DNA of 64,000 nucleotides. It comes from Magallana gigas (Eukaryota). The stretch lies in contig NC_088858.1 of the NCBI RefSeq assembly GCF_963853765.1, forward strand, positions 1,488,001 through 1,552,000, read 5' to 3'. The position numbers and the translations under genes are program-made. Each line of letters starts with the position of its first letter. Position 1 is the stretch's first letter. The notes beneath the pieces are model-generated. The model was not told where the DNA came from. It did not search any database and worked only from the letters and a program-made list of their open reading frames with translations. Below are positions 24,477 to 35,519 of this stretch, piece by piece.

Positions 24477-27400
24477 ATGTCGACGGAAGATAAAGAACAG
24501 ATAGAAAATGACACGCCAGGGTAAATGCAAAACTCAGTTAATTATAAATGTCTTGGTCAAGCTTTAAGAAAACCAAATATTTAAGAATCATTCATTTTGA
24601 TATAAGTGCAGATATTTCTAATTCTTGTATGTTATATTTTAATGGATGATTGACCATGCAATTATCCAAATTCAACAGAAGATTTCAGGCTTTATCATAA
24701 CAATATTTTTATTACAGCTGTGACAATGAGTATAGCTTCTGAGTGAATAAAGATTAACAAAAGATATATACAAATTCATTCTTGAAACTTTCTTTCCTTC
24801 TCACTATATCTATCTTGTACACACATATAAAACACACAGTAGAGCTAAGCAGGACTGAGACACAATGACGTTATAGCATAGTACGTAAAAAATATTTAAA
24901 TGATGATATTTGTATTCATAAAAGGATTGACTATATCGATATTCAGTAAGATGAAACATTAATGCTACCATTATGTGTCTAAAATATTTATAGAAGCGTG
25001 TTAATATTCAACTACATATCAATGTGCTTAAGCAAATACATATCAACACTATTATTTAGCAAACAACAGATATTATTGTTTGCAGCGAAATGTTTGCTTG
25101 CTCGATTGATATGGTACATAACTTAGTCTGTTGTATAGTACCGGTTGCACTTTTATTTCAGCAAATACTTGATTAAAAATGGGGGGTGAGTACTACACAA
25201 AAGAAAAAATGTTGACGAGTCTTTTTGGAGAGTGTTTCTCACTGCAGGTTATACAAAAGAATGACCACCATGCAATATCACGTTTGTTGTGGATTATTTT
25301 ATTGTTTATTTAGTAACCATGCTTTTGAATATTCATCCACTGTTCCTTGCATCAAAAGAATCTCGTTAGTGTAATTGCCATTAAAAAATCAGCCGCCTGT
25401 TGACTTGCTACAAATTTGGTCAGTTTTTATTTAGCAATTTCCAGTGAAGCATGCACTTATATATTATTTTAATTGTCTCATGTCAGACCTTATAGTTTAA
25501 TCAAGTGCAGAAAGATTTTGAAAACTTTTAATCTACTTCTTGTATCCTGTTATGAATTTAATGTTTTAACTTAGAAACTTTTTGAATAGAACCATCATTC
25601 AATAGATCTGGACTAGAGTCACTAAAGACATGTTTCTTGTGAAATCAAAGAAGGAAACATTTATTAATGATATTAATGATATTCTCTAAATGTATTATTA
25701 AAACATTATGAACACGTGCACATTGAAGAAAAAAATTTGATTGATAAAATGGTGTTTTTGAGGGGGTTTGCACTTTCCATAGAAATAGTTTTTTCAGTAT
25801 TTTTCACCAAAATTTGGTTGATGTGTATTATACACGAATGTATACCTTACACGATTCATTAAAATTTATCACATTTTTCTGTCCTGTATACAGTCAATTG
25901 GTCCAAGTTACAGATGAGGGAAATTGATACATGTAGTTTATCTTTCTTTGTGTAGGATGGTTGGGAACGACAAGTGGTTGGAAGCTTACAAGGACCCAGT
26001 GGCCTCCCTTTACACGCTGACTCAGTGTATATGTCTGTCTGACGTCCAGGCTGATGGAGACTGGAAACTCATCATCGCTGATCTAGGGACTGGCTCCTTC
26101 AACATGAAATTAAAAGTTTACAAAGGTGAGGGTTAAGTACACTATTGTGTGTTGATTGCTGCTTGTTAGCTACACATTGCTCAGCTAAGCAGAAATATTT
26201 GAGGAGGATGGCAGGTATCTGAGAATCTGCATAAACATATATTCAATTCTACAAAATTATTTTCCTACCCCAGAACAGCAATCCTTTCAACTTTTTTTGA
26301 TAAACTTTACATCAAATTATACATGTGTATTACAGTTGAGGTAAAATCAGACTTGACATTTTGACAAGTGTTTATATGTTTAAGGCTTTGATTTGTCCTG
26401 GTCTGACTTTCAGGGACTAACCTGATGAGTGAGCACACCATCATCGACCTCCCCACTGGTGTCGTGTCGTTCTACATGGACACACACGAGCCACGCACTC
26501 CAGGTATACACAAAGTTTGCGTTAATATTGTCCAATTAAATAATCTCATTGTCAGGTGAATTTTCAGTTTATACTGAAACCTAGTTTAAATTGTCAAGAG
26601 TTATTTTAGTGTCAGATGAATATTTTTGTTAAATCGGAAAATAAAGCAATAAATGAGTAAAGAATTTTTATCACTATAAATGAAAAATAAAAATATTTTA
26701 ATTCAGTTTTTCATCGAAGTGTCTAAATCAAAAATTAAAAATTTATTATGATAATGGTTATCTTTTAAGAGTTTTCGCCTATGTGGTTTTATTTTATTTA
26801 CAGCCATAGCTGTTGCCTCAGGACCCTACATTTATGTGTATAAAAACCTCAGACCATATTTCAAGTTCACCTTGCCAACGTTAGAGGTCAACCCGGTGGA
26901 AGCTGACCTCTGGAACCAGGTCAAGGAGGTATAAAACATGGGTGTTAAGGCCTCTGTTACAGTTAAACCTGGTTATAATGAAGGTGTTAGGGTCTCTATT
27001 AAAGGCTTACATATTTTGGTTGATATATTTACATGTAAATTTATACTCTTTGTGTTATTTTGTTATTTCCATTGAATCTCTCATTTCAGGAGAAAATAAA
27101 TATCTTTGTTCTGAGGGAGATGCTGGAAGGAATGAGGTAAGGTTGCTAAGACCACATTATAAATTCTGTCATACATCCCTCTGTTAACAATAAACACTGA
27201 TGAAATGATAACAGTTTAGCAAAAGAAATCTAAGTTGTCAGTAAAAGGTAGGGCAAAATTTAATAAATTCACTAAATGTATTTGACAATTTCTTAAAGAG
27301 GAAGCAGTGATTTATCCCAGTCAAAAACAAGTGTCTTATCATGAAGTCATAGTGCCTAAAGAAAAGATTACTGAAACTCTGTTAAACTTCAATTAACCTC

Positions 27401-27932
27401 TTCATATAATTGCTAACATTCAGGGCGGAGGGGACGGTGTTGACAGTAAGGTCACTGAGATTTCTACAGCTACAAGACGTAGGGGACTGCGAGACCTTCG
27501 CCAACATGTATAAGTACACTCCTCTTAAAAGACAGGTAAGTAATGAATGCATACACACAACAGGTAAATAACAGTATATACATATACAACATGTATAAAT
27601 ACACTGCTCTTAAAAGACAGGTAAGTAATGAATGCATACACACAACAGGTAGATAACAATATATATAATATACATATATAACGTGTAAATACAACCCTTC
27701 AAAAGACAGGTAAATAACAATATATACATATACAACATGTATAAATACACTGCTCTCAAAAGACAGGTAAATAATGAATGTATACACACAACAGGTAGAT
27801 AACAATATATACACATACAACATGAAACATATACAACATGTATAAATACACTCCTCTCAAAAGACAGGTAAGTAATGAATGAATACACACAACAGGTAAA
27901 TAACAATATATACACACGACAGGTAAATAACA

Positions 27933-27982
<50 letters not shown>

Positions 27983-30900
27983 ATATGTATGAATACACCC
28001 CCTCAAAAGACAGGTAAATAAATATATATATATATATACATTTACAACCTTAAATTCCCCAGTTTGTGACATGACGTTTAAAAAGCTGTACATCATCCAC
28101 TCAGATCTATCATTCTGTAGAATGTTAACTGTTGTATATTTCAGACTGTGATTACCTGCCTGAGTACTATATTCTATATAGTGTTAACACCTGTTGTATA
28201 TTTCAGACTGTGATTACCTGCCTGAGTGTAGTGTTAATACCTGTTGTATATTTAAGACTGTGATTACCTGCCTGAGTACTATATTCTATATAGTGTTAGC
28301 ACCTGTTATATATTACAGACTGTGATTACCTGCCTGAGTGTAGTGTTAATACCTGTTATATATTTCAGACTGTGATTACCTGCCCGAGTACTATATTCTA
28401 TATAGTGTTAACACCTGTTATATATTACAGACTGTGATTACCTGCCTGAGTATAGTGTTAACACCTGTTGTATATTTCAGACTGTCATTACCTGAATGAA
28501 TACTATATTCTGTATAGTGTTAACACCTGTGGTATATTTCAGACTGTGATTACCTGCCTGAGTATAGTGTTAACACCTGTGGTATATTTCAGACTATGAT
28601 TACCTGCCTGAGTGTAGTTTTAACACCTGTTGTATATTTCAGACTGTGATTACCTGCCTGAGTATAGTGTTAACACATGTTGTATATTTCAGACTGTGAT
28701 TACCTGCCTGAGTATAGTGTTAACACCTGTTGTATATTTCAGACTGTGATTACCTGCCTGAGTATAGTGTTAACTCCTGTTGTATATTTCAGACTGTGAT
28801 AACCTGCTTGAGTACAATGAAGAAGTCGATGGCGGAGGAGGACGCTATCAGCTGTCTGGTGCTGGGGACAGAGAGTAAGTCCATCTATGTCCTTGACCCT
28901 GAAGCCTTCACCGTTCTGACCACGGTAAGTTTATGTTTTTCTTACAGTGTAGGTAACACCACTAACTTGATAAGTTAATTTCTCATTGTCATCAATATGC
29001 TGACCATGGTGTAAAGTTAAATTTTTTATTAAAACCCCCCTTGGCTAAAATTTTGACAGTTCCAGATATTTTGTTTGAATTAAAGAAATTATGCAAACAA
29101 TAATCAAGGAAATAGAGAGTTTGATAGATTCATTGAGCAGCGGAGATATTACCCAACAAGTGGTCCAAACCAAAACTGAGGAACTATGTAAAGCTCAGGT
29201 GTGATGAAAGTCTCATTTTCACAAAAACAATGTACATGTACATTAAGATGAGACTGAGATCAACTTGAGCATGTCTGTCATGGCCCATGAATTCATTGAA
29301 TTCTTGAATCTGAGTGGTTTGTCTGGTTACAGCTGGACCTGCCGGCGGTGCCTGTGTTCCTGAGTGTGACGGGACTGTTTGATGTGGAGTACCGCATTGT
29401 GGTGGCCTGTCGTAACGGATGTATATACACCCTGAAGAGGTCAGTCAGAGTATCCATGGTAATGGATGTCAACTAATTCAGGATTTAAAACATGGCAGTC
29501 ATATTCATCAAATGAAGTAAAACAATATTACAGTGCACTGCGGGGGATAAGCATTTCCTTAAACATATTTTGTAATGTCCAATAAATTTATACACTGCAA
29601 ATGAAATAAAACCCTTTTATAGTGCATTGCAGGGGATAAGCAATTCCTTAGAAACCTATTTTCTAATGTCTAATAAATTTGTACACTGCAATACATTTTT
29701 TCAGATGAGAAAATGTAATAATTATTGTTTTACTGTAAACAGGGGAACAACAGATCCTTTGAAGAACTGTATAGAGTTGAACTCTCAGCCCGTTGGGCTA
29801 GAGAGAATCAACAAAACCATCTACGTTGGAACAATGGACGAATCTCTGCACTGTTACACGTCCAAGGTCAGGCATCTTTTTTTATATAGTGGGTTTCTGT
29901 CTCCTCTGGCGTGATACTAGTAATTTGCCAATGATGTAATTTTCATTGTAAGGCCCCTCTCTTATCCTACTTGCAACTCTATCTCTTTCAGTGCAAATAA
30001 ACCACTATTTTACTCTTTCGTATGCTTACCACTTTTGTTTGAAAATCTTCTGCTCTTCTGCAAAATCTAATTTGTTTTGTTTTGATAGCCATTTTAAAAG
30101 CCATTGTGGTTAAAAATTCTCACTGATTTAGAAACTAGTGACATGAATGTACAACACTGGAGTTTACTATTTGTTAAGAATGATGTAGTTGATTTATGCT
30201 GTGAACTCTGAGTAAATAAGAGATGTATAGCTGTTAATACATGTACAGTAAAACATGTTATAGTGAACACGCTTATAATGAATTGACGCTAACATCAAAC
30301 TGATTTTCACTCCCTGTGACTTTATTACATGTTGTGAACTTGACAGATATATCGAATTAAGCTTATAATGAAGCAGAATCGCCCATCCCTGGCACTTTGT
30401 TATAACTGTGTTTTACTGTATATTAAGTCTGTGTCTAAAGCTGTAAATAAATCACGTCTGTGTCTAACAGTACCCCCTTTACCGTGTGGCTGACCCTCTA
30501 GTGGCATTCGTTTTTCAGGGTAAGAAGCTGTGGACGGTGAAGCTGCCGGGCAGTATGACGACGATGGAGGTGATTGACTACAAGAGTAAGGGCTTCAAGG
30601 CGGTGATCGTGGCCCTCAATAACTGTCAGGTCCACATTTACAAGGAGAAGTACCTCGTCAACGTCATCAAAACCGACGCCATCGTCACCGGACTCAAATT
30701 CGGACAGTTTGGTCGGGAGGAGGGGACCCTCATCATGACCCTCAAAGGTAAACCTCCTCTCCTCAAGACAGAAGTTTTTTTATGTAATACATTAAAAAGA
30801 CAGATAATGTGAAGCATCTTTTATTTGAATGTAATGCAGGAGACTTATAGTCATGAGTACTGTAGAAGCACATATATTCATTTGGTTAATATTTCATTGT

Positions 30901-33900
30901 TTTTAAACCAAAACATTTCATTGGGATTTAATTTAGCCATGTCTTGATCTCTCAAATGTACCACTTATCAACACTGTATTTATGAATACTTAGGTTAAAA
31001 ATTCATCATGGATTTTATTTCATTGATTAATACTGCCAACAAAAATAACAAAATGAAATCCTCAAAGAATATTTGTGCTTAATCTATTTTCGCAAACCTG
31101 TCCTTCAATCTGTCAGGGTTAAATAACTATAATATAATAAGTATACAATATTTGGTACTTTGCTGTGACTGATTATTTAGGTGTTACAATGTACTACATA
31201 TACCTCAATGTATCTTTTTGTAATGGCATTGTACATAACCTGTCTTTGTGTGACAGGGGGAGGACTGGTCATAAAGATTCTGAAGAGGAACGCCACATTT
31301 GAGGAGAAGGATTTGTCGGGGGGTCCGCCCTCAGCCCAGAACACACGACTGAACGTCCCAAAGAAGACAAAGCTCTTCGTGGACCAGACCATGAGGGAGA
31401 GAGAAAACGCCATCAGTATGTATCTGTAGAAGGAAGACAATTCCGTATGCTATGTAGTTAAAGAAGATACTTCTCTGTATTATGTGGTTATTTAACAAAG
31501 AAAATACTATCGTATACAGGGTTATTTTCACCCTGTGTTTTTCCCCCCTTATACACTTGCAAATGGTTTTGCTCGTCTTGAACTCACCCAGACACAGTTT
31601 TGCGTTAGATACTCTTCGTACTTAACACAGTGATTTAAAATTGTTTTGAATTTACCAAGTCTTAAAATTTGCCTGCTGACAACAAGGGCAATAATGGTGA
31701 AAATAAAACAGGGACAAATATTTCCCTGTGTACAGTATTTGATTTTGTTAATTATGCCTTTCAGGTAAACATAGATTAAACATATATGCTGTACATGTAT
31801 TTCAGAGATGTTTAAAAAATACATTCCATATTGAAGCCTTTCTGACTTTGCTGAAAGGTTTTTTAACCGGGTTTTCCAACGGAAAAATCCGGTTATTAAA
31901 ATGGTGAAAATGGCGGGCGGGTGGGCGGGCGGGCGGGCGGCTGCCAAAAGGGTACCCTCATTGTACGGATAACTCCTCCTACAGTTTTCAAGATAGGAAG
32001 TTGTTCTTTTGCAGATCAATTGTTCATATATCAGAGGTGTGCATATTGCTAGGATTTTGATTTCTGATAATTTATGAAAAAAATACCAGCTTTTGAACTT
32101 AGTCATTTTTTGGCAAAATATTGCATATAGGGTACCCTCATTGTACGGATAACTCCTCCTACAGTTCTCAAGATAGGAAGTTGTGCTTTTGCAGATCAAT
32201 TGTACATATATCAGAGGTGTGCATATTGCTAGGATTTTGATTTCAAATAATTCATGAAAAAAAATACTAGCTTTTGAAAATGTTGCATATAGAGTACTCC
32301 ATTTCACTGGATACGTGTTGATAGGATTATGGATACAGTTCACATAAAAGAAAACCCGGTTTGCTGTCACATTGACAGCTTTTCTCTTGTCTAGTATTGA
32401 TAGTCAGTGAATTATTTTTTGTTTGTCAGCAATGCACAGGACATTCCAGCGAGACCTGTATCTGTTGAGATTGAACACACTGAGAGAGTACGCCAAATCT
32501 CTGGACAACAGCATGAATCCAATCTCGTCAGATCCGTCGGAGCCGCTGAAACTAAACGCCCAGGTATGCAAGCTTATAATGGTTTGTTTTAGATACAGCT
32601 ACCGGTATCTTATATTCCATCTTAAAAAGCTTATAATGGATTACATTGGATACAATTATTTAAAATTCTTTTGCACCTTCATTTGGTATAATGCTTAATG
32701 TTAGATTAGTAGAGAACTATTTATCAGGTCAAAGAATTGGTTTGAGCTAGCTCACAATGTTTATCTTATTTATTTATCTGTGTCAGGTCCAAGGAATCGG
32801 CCCGACCTTCAAGCTGACGGTCAACCTCCAGAATACGTCTCTCAGCCAGCCCTCTACCAGTTTACTGATCACATTTCTGTATGACGAAAAACTCTACAAC
32901 TTCAAAAAGTCTTTCATTGAGGTATATATCTCTTTAATTTAGAATTAACTCTGAAATTGACACTATTGATTGTTTTTTAAAATCATTTTAATTTTAACAA
33001 TATCAGCATCATTATGTTCTACCATAAAGTTCAGTATTGGAAGAAATACCTGTATTATTTATCTACATTTATTTACCTTTATATTCACCTGTTAATGGTT
33101 TTCAGGTCCCTATGCTGGTTCCAGGTCTGAACTATGCTTTTGAGACGTTTCTGGAATGTCTGAGTGACAAAGGAGTCTCGGACAACATCAAGGTAAAATG
33201 TTATCATCTATACTTCCCTCCCAAATTTCCTCTGACCTGTGGGTTCCAATGTATTACCATACACCAAACAATCTGGTTTCTTTGTACTGTTCATGTTTAA
33301 TTTGAATCATATCATAAGTTCAGAATTTTCTACATTGGTTATTTGGGTTGTCAATCAGGATGAAAATGAACCCTTCTAGAATTCTGATCAGTTATCAATT
33401 TATTGATCCTATTCTCTGTTTTGTCAGGCCTTTGTTTTAAAGGAGGGATCTCAGGTACCTCTGATAACTGGGGTAATTAGTATGCCCTGCACTGACATCG
33501 AACCAGTATCCCAAGTGTCGACCAAGAACAAGGACCTCTTTGAATAATTAAGCAGTAAATCTAAACATTAACACAGCAGCATGGTAGAACGAAATCTGAA
33601 CTCAATGATTAAGCAGTAAATCTAAATATTAACATGTCAGCATGGTAGAACGTAATCTGAACTCAATGCATGTTGGCTAGTCCAGTAATATATGATAGGT
33701 CATGTTATCTGCTGTTTGATAACTAGCAACCCCATGGCCACAAAAATCCACTTGAATGTCAGTAGCTTAAGTTGGGCCGATTCCAGCATCCTGTTTTTAC
33801 TATTAGTATAAACTTTAATGTGTAAGGCATACTTTTATCAGTGTTCCTATTTACAAGCTCAAATTTGGCCTGGCCTTAAAATCATAGCCTGGCAATAGAA

Positions 33901-34703
33901 TGAAGTCAAAAAAGTTTTATTTTAGTTTTGTATGCCATAATTTTCCACCATTACTCCTTAGTATTAATAGTGATCACAACTACAAACAAACAGCAGAAAC
34001 TTTATACAATTATTCTTAAAAAATTGTCAATTTCAAATTCTGCCAGAGTTGTTCTCAGGTTATGGTCTTGGTATGTGAACTTGAACTGCCTTTTAAGGAT
34101 CAAATATTTTTTCGAGGTATTTGTGCATGCAGTTTCAGATTACCTGAAAGAATACAAGAGTTATTGCCATTGGTATTTAATGAAGAATGCTTATGATAAT
34201 TACATTAAGAATTGACTTATTTAATTAAATGTGTATTAATTCAACTACCATTAATTAGTATGCTTTGTTGACCTGTAACAGTTGTTTGGTGTGTTAATAT
34301 AAGCATGTACCTTACTACTTATAGAAGAATAATAAAGGTGTACTAGCTCCTTAACAAATATAATGTTGATCATGTAATCATGAATTTGTAAAAAGAAAAG
34401 TTTAGATAAATATCAGCTGTATACAGGTATGTTCATTTCAAATAATGCTAATACTGGTAGTTGTAATATAAAAATATATACATGTAAATAGGTGAATTGA
34501 ATTTCAGCCTATGTATGGACAGAAAGAGGAGAGTATGATATGGGGGTGTGTAACTCCTGATGTTGAGCTGTGACAGGGTGACATTGCTGTTGATGTTTGA
34601 TCTTTTTCTGTGACAGGTGTTCGTTCTGAAGGATGGAAAGAGTGTCCCTATCATCACCGGGGTCATCAGCATGCCTGTCAGCGAGGGATTGGTTGTTGTG
34701 TGA
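24477..34703 (+). CDS. BBS1: Bardet-Biedl syndrome 1 protein (BBSome subunit), 593 aa with canonical last exon
   Basis: Exons 24477-24520, 25956-26125, 26414-26503, 26804-26928, 27090-27136, 27424-27535, 28793-28924, 29333-29439, 29743-29866, 30519-30747, 31257-31415, 32430-32563, 32787-32921, 33106-33192, 34617-34703. All GT-AG, 1782 nt in frame. Motifs: [113 protein letters not shown]. Exon 1 is the least certain. Confidence 0.95.
27560..28025 (+). repeat. Tandem copies of the BBS1 exon 6 donor junction plus a (TA)n tract
   Basis: AAAAGACAG|GTAA copies end at 27620, 27709, 27766, 27867 and 28013 (real site 27535). Confidence 0.9.
28130..28812 (+). repeat. 50/62-bp tandem copies of the BBS1 exon 7 acceptor junction
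   Basis: TGTATATTTCAG|ACTGTGATTACCTGCCTGAGT; AG ends at 28145, 28206, 28256, 28318, 28368, 28430, 28480, 28542, 28592, 28642, 28692, 28742, and the real site at 28792. Confidence 0.92.
30244..30420. mobile_element. MITE, TA-flanked CAGTAAAAC termini (Tc1/mariner-pogo type inferred)
   Basis: TACAGTAAAACATGTTATA ... TATAACTGTGTTTTACTGTA. Confidence 0.75.
31505..31737. mobile_element. Degenerate MITE with TACTGT/ACAGTA-type termini
   Basis: Left TACTATCGTATACAGGGTTATTTTCACCCTGTGTTTT; right AAAATAAAACAGGGACAAATATTTCCCTGTGTACAGTA; imperfect inverted arms. Confidence 0.55.
31860..32390 (-). mobile_element. Helentron-associated non-autonomous element (HINE-like) in BBS1 intron 11
   Basis: On minus: 5' ACAAGAG..AAACCGGGTTTTC; two 180-bp units (plus GGGTACCCTC at 31950 and 32130); (CCGC)n microsatellite; 3' hairpin TAACCGGATTTTTCCGTTGGAAAACCCGGTTA; T-rich target. 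This matches the established HINE layout. Confidence 0.8.
33428..33547 (+). CDS. BBS1: Alternative terminal exon (15a) of BBS1, homologous to canonical exon 15b
   Basis: TTTTTGTCAG|GCC, phase 0, matches the exon 14 donor; encodes [39 protein letters not shown]. Usage is inferred. Confidence 0.75.
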   Translation, partial: AFVLKEGSQVPLITGVISMPCTDIEPVSQVSTKNKDLFE

Positions 34704-35519
34704 GGTCCCCCTGGGTCATCAGCATGTCTGGCAGCGAGGGATTAGTTGTTGTGTGAGGTCATTGGGGTCAAGCTAGGGTCATTTGAGGTCATATTTGAAG
34801 ACATCTTAAAAGCATGCAAAGAACAATGGTGACAGGATTTGGGATCATTCTGGTAGTGAATCCGTACAGCCAGAAATTGAATTGTTTTAATTTATTTAAT
34901 TATTTTCTGCCTGTGATTCAAGTGACTGTTCATGACGAAAAGAACTATTACATATTTTTTTATTTTGTGTCTTATGAGGTTAAAGAATTGTTAACATATC
35001 TCTCCAACACAACACAGTATGCCTGGTTTGATAAATTCATGTTTGAAGATAATAGAAACACTTCTATTCTTTCCTGATCTGTGTGCATGTCCACTATTTC
35101 CATTGCTTCTATATAGTTGTATACATACCTCTGGTGTCATTTCAATTATAATTCATTTAAAGAACAATAAATAATCAGTCATGTTCCTTTTCTGTTGGAT
35201 GAATCATTTCCCTAGATTTGGAGTGCATTGCTATGTTACATGAATCACTACATGAAGTATCGGATGGCACATCCAATATGTATGATCCTCAACCAGGTTG
35301 CATGAGAAGAGAATATTTTATAGCTCTTTTTGAAAGCTATGTGTTAAACCTTCCTAAAAGATTAGACATGATTTTTCAGCAATAAACTGTTATTAAGTAA
35401 AGAGCTATTTCGCATATTTAGAAACTGATTGATGTCACACATATCATTAAATTCAGATGCTGCTATGATGTCACACATATTACATTCAAATCATGCTTTA
35501 TATCACTAAAATGAGATAT

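Noticed and set aside
27470-28096. Several minus-strand Tyr/Ile/Cys-rich ORFs
   Set aside because: Antisense readings of the BBS1 donor-echo array and (TA)n.
31549-32370. 273-aa minus-strand ORF, the second longest in the track
   Set aside because: It runs through a HINE (two 180-bp units plus a microsatellite) and a MITE inside BBS1 intron 11; the internal peptide repeat mirrors the DNA repeat.
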